Source: Chlorokybus atmophyticus (lineage: Eukaryota; Plantae; Mesostigma and Chlorokybus algae). Taken from it: 64,000 nucleotides of DNA. Where the stretch lies: positions 492,650 to 556,649 of the forward strand of contig RHPI01000193.1 in assembly GCA_009103225.1 (NCBI GenBank), in the 5' to 3' direction. Below the pieces are notes generated by a model that saw only the letters and a program-made list of their open reading frames with translations, was not told where the DNA came from and did no database searches. Made by a program: the position numbers and the translations under genes. Below, piece after piece: positions 49,349-59,849 of this stretch (positions are counted from its first letter, which is position 1; every line of letters starts with the position of its first letter).

Positions 49349-50738
49349 ATGGCGTTCACGCTCTCAGCCGTGACGGTGGCGGCATTGCGTCCCATACCCT
49401 TCCCGTTGCGTGCTACTCCTGCATCTGCCGTTATTCCTGTTTCCAGACCAGATCCATTCACACGTCCCAAACGCACTTTGAAGCCAGTGCAGTCTGGTCC
49501 CGGACGCATGCCTCGCGCACAGGCTCGGTCCCAGGAGAAGTCACAGGTCACAAAGGATGGAGTTGGGACTAGGACCAATGACACTACAGCAGCAGTGGCA
49601 ACAACAACAGCAGCAAAAGGAGGAGGAGGGTGGTTTGATGTTGAGATGAGCGTGCGAGACTATGAGCTTGACCAATTCAGTGTAGTTAACAATGCCGTTT
49701 ACTTCCAGGTACCGTTGTTGTAGGTGGTGTGGTCAAGCATGCATGCACGCCCACACGCGCACAAGCACGCCCATATGCACGCACACACATGTGCACACGC
49801 CCACGCATGCAAACGCACGATGGTGATGGTACTGTGGTCAACATGTATGCATGCGCACACCCGCATGCACACGTACACAGAGGCACACATGCACACAGCC
49901 ATGCATGCATCCACACATTGATAAGCACACGCAAAGGCCGTATGCACATGTGGGTGGAATGGCAGTACTTTCAGCACGCGCGGCACGAGTTCCTTGCAGC
50001 GGCGGGGTTGCCGGCGGACGACGTGGCGCGAGCGGGTGAAGCCCTCGCGGTCGCACGCTACGACAACGCACGGTTCGTTGCGCCATTGCGCTCCGGTGAC
50101 AGGTGGGTGGGTGTATGTGCGTATGCATATGCCTCTGCATGTTTGTTGCGCATGCATGCAAACCCAAGCGTGGACAGATACATACATACTACTAGACAGG
50201 CTCGCACATGAAAGCATACAGATGCACATGCACACAGCCAAGCGCGCGCAAGCACGTGTACATGCAAATGCATATACAAGCACACACATACAGGACTTCA
50301 CCAACACAGACATGACTTCAATAGACCTCACCACTGGCTGCTAGGGTCCAACAACTTCTGTACTTGTATTCTGAACACATTAATCCCTGTCATGCTCACT
50401 GACTGTTGTAACACCTCGCGCCTCACAACAGTCATCAATAACACCTGCCGACAACTCATCATCCACAACACAGGTTTCGGGTGAGGATAACCGTGACTTC
50501 GTTGCGGCCAGCGCGCTTCACCATACACCACACAATACACAAACTTAGCAACGTAGCAAAGGCACCAGATAGTGGGGTAGATGGTAGTAATAATGACAAT
50601 TACAGCAAGGTAGCGCAGTTGATATGTGAGGCGAGTGCGGTTATAGTCAAACTGAACAAAGACTACAAGCCGGTCAGGTTACCGTCAGAATTGGTCGCAT
50701 GCATACTGCCTGTGCTTGTTAAAGAGGACCCTTTATGA
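49349..50738 (+). CDS. ALT: Hotdog-fold acyl-lipid thioesterase of the ALT/MKS2 type, with a plastid transit peptide
   Basis: FDVEMSVRDYELDQFSVVNNAVYFQ|YFQHARHEFL..DDVARAGEALAV..FVAPLRSGDR|FRVRI..DYKPVRLP, preceded by an Ala/Arg/Pro/Thr-rich N-terminus. Confidence 0.88.
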
Positions 50739-51317
50739 GTAGTAGTGGCTTTGCATGTTGGGTAGCCAAGTATACTCATAGCAGTATTGCGAAGATATGG
50801 CGAATGCAGACTCTCACATCCTAGAGTAGTGACAGCAACATGCGACAAAAGTCTACAAGCGTCCCATGCAGTAGTAACCAAGTGCAGTACCCAACACACT
50901 TCAACTCTATAGACTGCTGCACTTGCAGCTTGCTCGGAAAACTGATTGGTTGATACAGCACACCAACTGTGCAGAAGATTCATGTATGCTCGCTTCAGGG
51001 CTGCCCTTCACCCCGAGGTACCACACTTCAGGAGGGCCATGACATGTTAACTACAACATGATACAGTGCACTACTAGTGATGTCGTTGCCAACGCTGTTG
51101 CTGACTAACGCTTTAACACAAATTTACACACTCAAGTCAGTATTCGCTGTGCACTCCCTGCGAGCTGACCAAGTCACACACTACAGCACCTGCCAGGGAG
51201 GCCTCAATACTCATACATTACACACAAAGCAGGGTCAAGCAGGGTCAAGCAGGGTCTCCACTTATTGCTGCTGCTGCTGCTGCTGTGGTTGCTGTTGTCC
51301 AACACATACCTCCACTC

Positions 51318-54113
51318 TCACAACTGCGGCGGTTTATACTCCATCTCCACATCCAGCGGCTGCAGGCTCAGGTACGTCTCTCCTTCAGGCCGTCTCTGAT
51401 TTTTGAAAAACCACAATCCCGCCACGGTGACGGCCGAGATGAAGGCGGCGGAGGCGAAAATGAGCGTGACAATGCTGAGGGCTGAGAGGTGAGAGCTGTG
51501 GGAGGGTTGTGGTTGTGAGTCTGAGGAGGATGGGTCTGAGGAGGAGTGGGGCTTGAAGGGAGAGGTGGAGTCGGTGTGCTCTTCTTTGTCGTCGTTGGTG
51601 GAGAGGAGCTGGGTGATGGCGTCGCCCGACAAGGAGGCTGAGCTCTGAAGGAGAACACACACATGAGTACTTGCGCAAGCATGCACATGCATTTGCGCAC
51701 GCACACAGCAAGAGACAAGCACGCACGCATACATGAGAACACACAAACACATATATGCGCGCATGCACTGCAATGAGTTTTGAGCACCTTCAGCTGCATA
51801 GCATTGTCGAAGTGTTGCATGTCATCCGCTTGCATTTGAGTACTGTTCAAAGTGTTCAAGATATTGTGTACCTGCAGCAGCTGCAGTGCGATGGCTTCTT
51901 CAAGCATGGCAGCCTTATCGGTCGAGCACCATGCGCAAGTGTCTTGACTCACAGCAGCCGCCATGTCCTCGCACACACCAAAGTACCCCTCTTCTTGCCC
52001 GGTAGCAAACTGATTGCAAAGCTGCAACACGACCACATATCTGTGAGCATGTGTACATGACGTTGCTTTGTACTTGTATGTGCCAAGGCATGACAACTCC
52101 TTTAGGAACTTGTTGCCGCAGCAGACACCTTCCCACAAAACTACACAATACACTTCAACTCCTGCCCAAACAACTGTCCAACACCCTCACCCCCACCCCA
52201 AATATCCCTACCCACCGGCTCGTCCCATGCGGCCGCGAATAGCGTCTTTGCTTGCTCGAGCGGCAGGCCTGTTGGGGGCATTGTTGTCGGCTCCGGCGGT
52301 GCGCGCGAGGCCAGCGCGCGCTTGATCGCGTCGCCCAGTGTGACCACACGACCGCAGGCGCAGGAATCCACGACAGCCTGCGATGATACAATGTTGTGTT
52401 TGTGGAAGTGAGTGAAGAGCAACCAAGCTTGCAAAAATCCTACAGCAGGTTGGCCTCTCACCTGGCACATTTTCCTGCAGGGCAGACCCATGCTGGTCTG
52501 CATCATCAGGTTGGGAAAGTTCTTTGCAATTGTGTCGAATGGGTCGGAGTCGTTGCTTAGCAGCTCGGTCACCATTGGCTGACACGCAATGTAAATTGAC
52601 ACATGTTGGGATGTTGACTTGAACATGACCCAACATGCAAGGAGACAGAGGTGTGAGTCAATCTCTCACCAATGCGGCATCCACCAAGCGGTCGAATGTG
52701 CCGCACTTGGGCGCAGATTGTTCGCACCACATGCGCTGTTGGCTGAGAGAGCATGCGGCACACTCTGGAAAACCTAAACAGACACCAACTTAGTTAGCAT
52801 ATTGTTAGATGTACCAGTCGCAAGATCAGGAGTATTACACACAATAACAAACGAAGGCCAACACGATGCAAGTGCAAGCCCTTTACCATTAGCTTGTAGG
52901 AGACTAGTCATCTGCTGGCGCGGATTGGCAATCTTCTCGTTGCCAATGCTGCTGAACACACAGTCCAAAGGCCCTGCAGACAAGACAACAGTTAGCAAAA
53001 GTCCTCACACAAGAAAAAGAAGCACTATGGCAGCAGTGGTGTATGTGTTGTACGTGGTGTATGTTGTGGTATGGTATGAGAATGTAGTGTATCTGGTAAC
53101 CGTTGTTAAATGTGTACGTGTATGTGACAGCACGCACACAATGTCCACCCTGGCACGACAATGTAGTGTACATGTGGTATGTGTACGTGTAAGAAAAAGC
53201 ATGCACACGAAAAGGTCAACCCTGGCACGAGCTGTGTATGATGTGTGCGTGCGCATGCATGTGTGTGTCACTCTTTATACATGGTGGTATACACACATTG
53301 AAGTACACACAATTGTAAGTTACACAGCCGACGAGATTGTCAAGATGTTGCCATACCAGTTTGAGGACAGTACTGTTGGAAGTCAGACTCCGCCGGCAGA
53401 GCCGCGCACTCGCCGCTTCCACCAAATATGTTACATCCCACATTGCCTGATGCTGCGAGGGCCGCTCCGGCGCCGCGCAGCATCTGCTTCTGCAGCGTCG
53501 CGGGCATGCGTGACAGATCCAACAGCTGCATTCGCAGCATCGACAACATCTCCGGCGTCAGATATTGGTAGAGGTCGGGACCCGTGCCGAAGGGGTTAGA
53601 AACAGGCATTGGTGGCGTGTGATCATCTGAAACCACGCAAGCGAGTGGTTTTTGCTGATGAATGTGTAAGATGGTGCTGGTTTAGTTCACTACTGCCCAA
53701 TGTATTGGACAATGCTTCCCAAAACGGCAAAAATTTCATTCCAAGGATACTGCTTCGTGAAGTGACGGCCAAAAGCCATGCCAGATTGGCAACTGACTAG
53801 ATGCTGTTCAGAGATTATAGTTGCCACATACAGCGGAGGAGCACACATAGCTTGTCAGTACATACAACGGAGACACATCCATACAGCCGACAATGTGCAC
53901 TGCATGCACTGATTGCCCATTGGCTGCAGTACATGTATGTAATGTAGCTGTCACTGTCAAATGCATGCTTGTGTGCACTGCCCTTTTTTCCCTACCTCTG
54001 AAATGCTCAGGAAAAGCATTTGTCAGCTGCGGGGCCAACAGCACGGCAGCCAACACCACCAGCAGCAGCGCAATCAGCCGCTGATGGTAATGCTGCTTGC
54101 TGGTCAGCGCCAT
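51318..54113 (-). CDS. Type I single-pass membrane protein with a 16-Cys ectodomain containing a Frizzled-like CRD
   Basis: Signal peptide (LIALLLVVLAAVLLAPQLTNA). Phase-consistent exons include 52773-52670, 52578-52462, 52377-52216, 52021-51872 and 51644-51318. Ser/Asp-rich stalk, TM LSIVTLIFASAAFISAVTVAGLWFF, short cytosolic tail ending YKPPQL*. Confidence 0.82.
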
Positions 54114-55157
54114 TGTGGCTCGATAACAGCGGCCCCTGCAAACATGCTTGAGATCAGCAGTCTGTCATAAGCACCTTACATGCGAAGTGAAGAGCAAGGC
54201 GTGCATAAGTCACAATCGCTGCCAAGTGAAGAAGCAGGCGAAGCCACACATGCTGGCTTGAAGACAAGCAACTTGTGTGGGCTTCAGATGTCATTTTTGG
54301 AAATGGACAACAGAAGCAATAACTTATGTCCCCCATGCAAGGAGGAGTGCTGCTGATGAGCCAACGTCTTTGGCACACAACACACGGCAGGGAGATTGAG
54401 AAACCAATTTATACGACACTCATGCAGTACGTGAACCAGTGCAGTATGCAGACGCAAGAAGGCTCAAGCACTAGATAAGCGAGCAGACAATTAAGCAACA
54501 TACACCAATCAGCTCGCAAGCAAGCAAGCAGGCACACAAGCAAGCAGGCAAGCACGGAAGCCAACAAGCAAGCCAACAGACGATGAACGAGGGTACACAG
54601 ATGTGCAATCAAGGAGGAGATCAAGTAGTGAAGAGCGCCAGCTGTTGCAACTGGCACGAGAGCACAAACGTGCACGGAAGCACTCAAGCAAGGAAGCAGT
54701 ACGGAAGCAAGCAAGCAGGCCAAGCTGCAGAAATGCCTGCAAAGTGACACTCTCTCTCAACCTTCCGTCTCACCAGTTAACAACTTCCCGGCCTTCTCCA
54801 AACCAGTACACTGCCGGCAGCGCCGCCGCCGCTCATCACCCAGCCTTATTGCCACGTGGCACTGCGAGCCACTTGACCAAGAAACCCCAATCAAGAATCC
54901 TCGTTTCAGTATTAGACAAGGTCTCAGCCAAAGAAGTGGAATTCCACAAACCTTGAGTGGATTCCGTCTAAACTTACACCCAAAGCGTCCAAAACACGAG
55001 AAGCTACCAGCCAAGAAGTAAATGGAAGAATGACGTTGGTCACAGTGTTTTGCCTAACGTAGCGTTAGTCATGCTTACAAGCTAACAGCACTGCCTTACC
55101 GGATAGATAACGTTATCAGCGGCGGCGGTGGTGGCGGTGGCGGTGGTGGTGTCCGTA

Positions 55158-55272
55158 ATGGCCACAGAGGCAGCGCCGACGCCCGTGCGCGTAGTATCGC
55201 TGCGTGATGATGCAACCGCCAACGCCTTCCCCATCCCTGCAGACCGTCTCATCCAGCTGTGCCAGGTACAAC

Positions 55273-55365
<93 letters not shown>

Positions 55366-56982
55366 CCTCATGGTCATCGTCATCGTCATCTTTCTCCTCT
55401 TTGCCCAGGGCGTGCTGGCGGCCAACCAGGGCACCGACGACCCCGACGGCCTCCTGGCGCCGGACTTCCGCTTCGCTGGCCCTGTCGTCGGCCCTCTTGT
55501 CAAAGAGGAGTATGTTAGGGCTGTCAAGGGTTTCAACATTAAAGTAGCGTTTCCAGGCAAGACAATACTGCATGCACTGTATACGATGTATGACAACGAT
55601 TGCGATAAGGAAACAACTGCCAACATGACAATGTGTACATGTACTTGCCAAACTGTGATGTGGACATGCAACTATGAGTTGTGTAAAGCAGTTGACATCC
55701 TGCAAGGTGCATGCATTCATGCCCCTGCCTGAGTGTTGTAGCCATCAGTTTCGCACTCAACGCTACATGCTTGCATGTATTCCGCACCTGCGTGCACACG
55801 TTACCCACGCCGCCGCCTTTCAACGTCGTGTGTAGACTTGGAGCCAAACTTCCATCACTTCCGCGTGGACCCCTTTGAGCCCAACCGAGTGTGGTTCACC
55901 ACAAGGTGTGTGTTGTGATGATGTCCTGTTCAGTCGTAGTAGTGCGCCACATTATTACGTATCTAGTTACATGACTACCAAGCTGTGTTTATTGAGAGTC
56001 CAGTATGTTGTTGTGTTTTGCTTTGTTTAGCGCAGGACACGAGGGACACATACTGGCACGCTGAATTTTGGAGGCCGGCGCATTGCGCCTACCGGAAAGG
56101 TAATGTGATACACAGTTGTTTTGTGCACACAGTTGACCGTTCCACAACCACACCAGGCCTGGCCTGGCAAGCGATGTTGTTCAAAGTGAGTGACTGGTGA
56201 GTTGTGCAGAGGGTTGAGGCGGCGCCTGAGGCGTGCAGCATGACCTTCAACGCAGACGGCAAAGTCATCCAGTACACTGTTGGGTGAGTGTCGCCCCACA
56301 CACGGTCATACACATTGACTCCTTTGTACTTTGTACAATGCCACAGAGCTCCACACTTTCATCATGCATTAGTTGTTCAACTATCATGTGGCGGCAGTTC
56401 AGTTATGCATCGTGTCAAATATGTATCACCGCACCAACAGTGTTGACAAGAGAGTTCAGAGTCAGGCAGACTTTGCTTCTCATCCATTGCATGAGGTTAC
56501 TCTCACATTACATCAGTCTCTCGTGATTGGACTTGTGTGTTCCTCCCCACAGATATGTGATGGACCGACGTGTCGGCAACACGGGCGGTCTGGGCGCCCT
56601 CTTCGGCCTGCTCTACGCGGTCGGCCACCCGCTGCCGTTCCCAGAAGGAAGACCTTGGACGCCGTCGCTCATGTATCGGGTGAGTAGCTTTGGGTACAGT
56701 GCACATGTGTGTGCGTGTGTGCTTGCGTGGTCGTGCACCTTGAAGGTTTTGCACACAATTATAGTAGATGCGTGCATGTGGGTTCGTGTGTACATGCATA
56801 TGTTTGCGTGTGCATGAGTGTGTGCTTGAGGTTGTGTGGATGTGGGCGATTGACACATCTCAGCAGCAGGCACTGCTGATGCATGCAAATGTTTTGAACA
56901 GGCATTCATCCTGTTCGGGCGCATTGTTAGTCGTCTGCAACGGCTCTTCCAAGCTGGATTTGGGAGTGCAAAGCAGGCTTGA
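55158..56982 (+). CDS. Algal SnoaL/NTF2-like uncharacterised protein
   Basis: LLAPDFRFAGPVVGPL.KEEY, AFP|DLEPNFHHFRVDPFEPNRVWFTTR, THTGTL..APTGK.VEAAPEACSMTFNADGKV, GYVMDRRVGNTGGLGALFG, PLPFPEGRPWTPS. May have an additional 5' exon. Confidence 0.78.
55279..55360. repeat. (CT)41 microsatellite in an intron
   Basis: 82 nt of uninterrupted CT inside the intron 55266-55408. Confidence 0.97.
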
Positions 56983-58211
56983 GGAAAATGTGATGCGGCA
57001 TAATGATGCAGGTAGTTTAATTGTTTATTATTGTCTGTCGTTCTTTCCCATTCTTCAGAGAATTAGTTCCTTTGTTTGACGGTCTATTAGCAATTGCAAG
57101 CAATAATAAGCAGCTTGATACGCTTTAGGTTTGTCAGCTGCTGTGAGTTTCTACTAGTTGTCGACACTTGTAATGGAACCTTCGACCAGCCTCGATGTAA
57201 GTCGCTCCACAATCACTGTGTAGTTCTTCCAGTTGTCCGCGGTGAAGATGTCCACAGCTATGCTGATTTATGTTATACGAGTGCACTGCTTCTGCAGATT
57301 GTGGCATGCATGCTACATTGATAATACACTTGTGAAAATGTCTGCATGCGCTGCAGCATTTTCACAAGTATGTTATCGAAATATCTCAAGACTTGCAGCG
57401 ACTGTTGTGGCTTGCAACAATAGAGCTCATGGGGTTTTGCGCATGTGTGCTTCCTGGACAAGGTTCCCAGTGCATACAGCCACATGTGCAGATGATCCTT
57501 CATCCATGCATGCATGCATGAGCTATGGGGTGGGGCGGAAGTAGTCGAGCAGGGGGTAGTGAAGTAGGTGACTAGTTCCTAATCGGCAGTCAAATTTGAG
57601 GTGAGAGTCTGTGCTAACGCATGTCACCAGTACTGCATGTGTCAAGCATGCCACAAAACTGCATTTGTTATACAGACGCATGAATAGAGTACTTGTGTGA
57701 ACTTGAACGTCTGTACGCAGACGCATGTGCCTACATTTCGCTTACATCACAATGGGTCGGGCAAGCCGTCAGCATACAATCGTACACGCTTGTGCCAAAC
57801 AGCACTTATACGCATGCATATATCCACCCATCCATCAAACTTGCTTTTGCAGAACACGATGTGTGATCAACTGCAACTTGACACTTCAAACGTGGCATCA
57901 TCTGTTTTGCACAACACGGACACTCCTACAAGCCAACAGAAGGCTACACAGGCGCTCACAGACAAACTGACAGAGAGAGCGTGTAAGAGGGAGACAACAT
58001 GCCAGTGACATTATCGTTTGAAACTAACACCGCAATGTACATTGTACCATGCTACAACAATGTGGCATTTGGCCAATCAAGAATGTGTGTTTGTGTCTTG
58101 TTAGGGCAGACACCTGCTCTACGATATACCATTGGTACACCACCTAACCTGGGTAAAAGGTACAACCACAACAACAACATATGGACGCACATCCCTCCCT
58201 CCCCTTCTGCT

Positions 58212-59553
58212 TTACGCGAGCGCAGGCCAGAACATCAAGGCAACAGCCATCACCGCCAACACCACTTCGTTGGGTATGTTGCTCCCACCAGCACTGTTGG
58301 CTGGTGCCGGCCCCGGCGCCGTGAAGTTGAGCGCGAACGACGAGGCGGGTCCACGCGCAGGCGGGGGGCTGGTTCTGTTCAGTGTGGATTGTGGAGGAGG
58401 GCGACGGAGGGTGAGGTTGAAGTCGTACTCGGGCACGGGGGCTTCAAGCGGGGGTGTGAGGGAGGGTGAATCAGTGGGTGAGTCAGTGGGTGAGTCAGTG
58501 GGAGAGTCAGTGGGTGAGTCAGTGGGAGGGTTGCCAGGGGCAGGGAAGGGAGCGTAAGATGGGTAGTACTCTGGTGGGGTCTGCCCGGGTGGCTGTGAGG
58601 GTGGCTGGCGAGGGGGCTCTCGAGGAGGCTCGGGAGGTGGCTGGCGCGGGGGCTCGAGGGGAGGCTGCTGGGGGGGTTCCTGGGGTGGCTCTGCTGGGGG
58701 CTGGCGAGGTGGCTCCTGAGGGGGCTCCTGTGGGGGTTGCTGGGGTGGCTCAGCAGGTGGCTGCTGGGGCGGCTCACGTGGCGGTTCAGTTGGAGGCTGC
58801 TGAGGTGGCTCCTGTGGGGGCTCGGCAGGTGGCTGGCGGGGTGGCTCTTGAGGGGGTTGCTGGGGTGGCTGCTGAGGGAGCTCCTGTGGGGGTTCGCGGG
58901 GAGGCTCAGCAGGTGGCTCGCGAGGGGGTTCCTGGGGTGGCAGATGCGGAGGCTCACGGGGAGGCTCTGCAGGTGGCTGTTGAGGGGGTTGCTGGGGGGG
59001 CTCGACTGGAGGCTGGCGTTGGGGTGGCTGAGCAGGTGGCTCACGGGGTGGCTCTGCTGGGGGCTCGGCGGGAGGTTGCTGCGGGGGCGCACGGGGTGGC
59101 TCTGCTGGTGGTTGCTGAGGGGGTTCAGCAGGTGGCTGTCGAGGAGACTCTGCAGGTGGCTGCTGTGGAGGCTCGCCAGGTGGCTCCGTTGGTGCCTGCT
59201 GAGGGGGCTCCGGAGGGGGCGCTTCAACAGGGCCCTCGACGGGTCCACTCGACGGGTCCACAAGGACTGCAACACACATCTACCTTGTAAGCACAACACA
59301 CGCGCACACGCACATATATAGCGTGTTATTTTGCGAGCGCACACACACACACACACACCTTACCTATCCCAATATCTTCAAGTGCCCTCTTGCGTGCGAT
59401 CTCCTGCACGTGAGAGAAGTCGTACACCGCCTTGGGGACCCACAGCGGCACGCCCTCGGGAGCCGGAGAGTCGGCGGGCTCAAGTGCCACACATGTCCAT
59501 GACACACATGTGGCCAACAACAAGAGGGAGAGCAACGGATACGACGCCGCCAT
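58212..59553 (-). CDS. Secreted, probably GPI-anchored Pro/Gln/Glu-rich cell-surface protein (HRGP/AGP-like)
   Basis: Exon 1 carries signal peptide MAASYPLLSLLLLATCVSWTCVA and joins in phase to a long PPxx repeat exon. Then YYPSY, (TDSP)x5, APGPAPANSAGG and a hydrophobic end VVLAVMAVALMFWPALA*. Confidence 0.85.
58464..59225 (-). repeat. Coding tandem repeats with 12-nt period (PPAE/PPRE/PPQQ/PPQE/PPRQ and TDSP units)
   Basis: 12-nt periodicity throughout; five TDSP units at about 58464-58527. Confidence 0.92.
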
Positions 59554-59849
59554 GAACCTGCAGAAGAGTACATGTGAGAGTGAGGGAATGTAAGCGAGGA
59601 GGTAGAGACACATCACATGGCCATATCAACGTGCAGCGTGTGCTTGCATGCGTGGGCAACACTCGGCAGATATAAGGGAAGTCTCAATTGCAACGTGGTG
59701 TTACACACATTACGCAAATCGCTGACGGACTGTGTATTTGCGCATAACCCCAACGCAACAGAACCAGTACACACGCACATACGCCCCCGCTCCCCCCCTA
59801 CCCCCCACTCCCACAGCCCCACACACAAACACACATACACTTGGCTCAA

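Noticed and set aside
2954-50738. Possible lipid-metabolism gene cluster (DGAT1, PFK, ALT thioesterase)
   Set aside because: Spread over about 48 kb and interleaved with unrelated housekeeping genes; only the shared DGAT1/PFK motif is retained as a finding.
58464-59225. Regularly spaced repeats that might suggest a CRISPR array or overlapping genes (325- and 274-aa alternative ORFs)
   Set aside because: 12-nt codon-phased repeats without unique spacers, in eukaryotic context; the alternative ORFs are by-products of the repeat.
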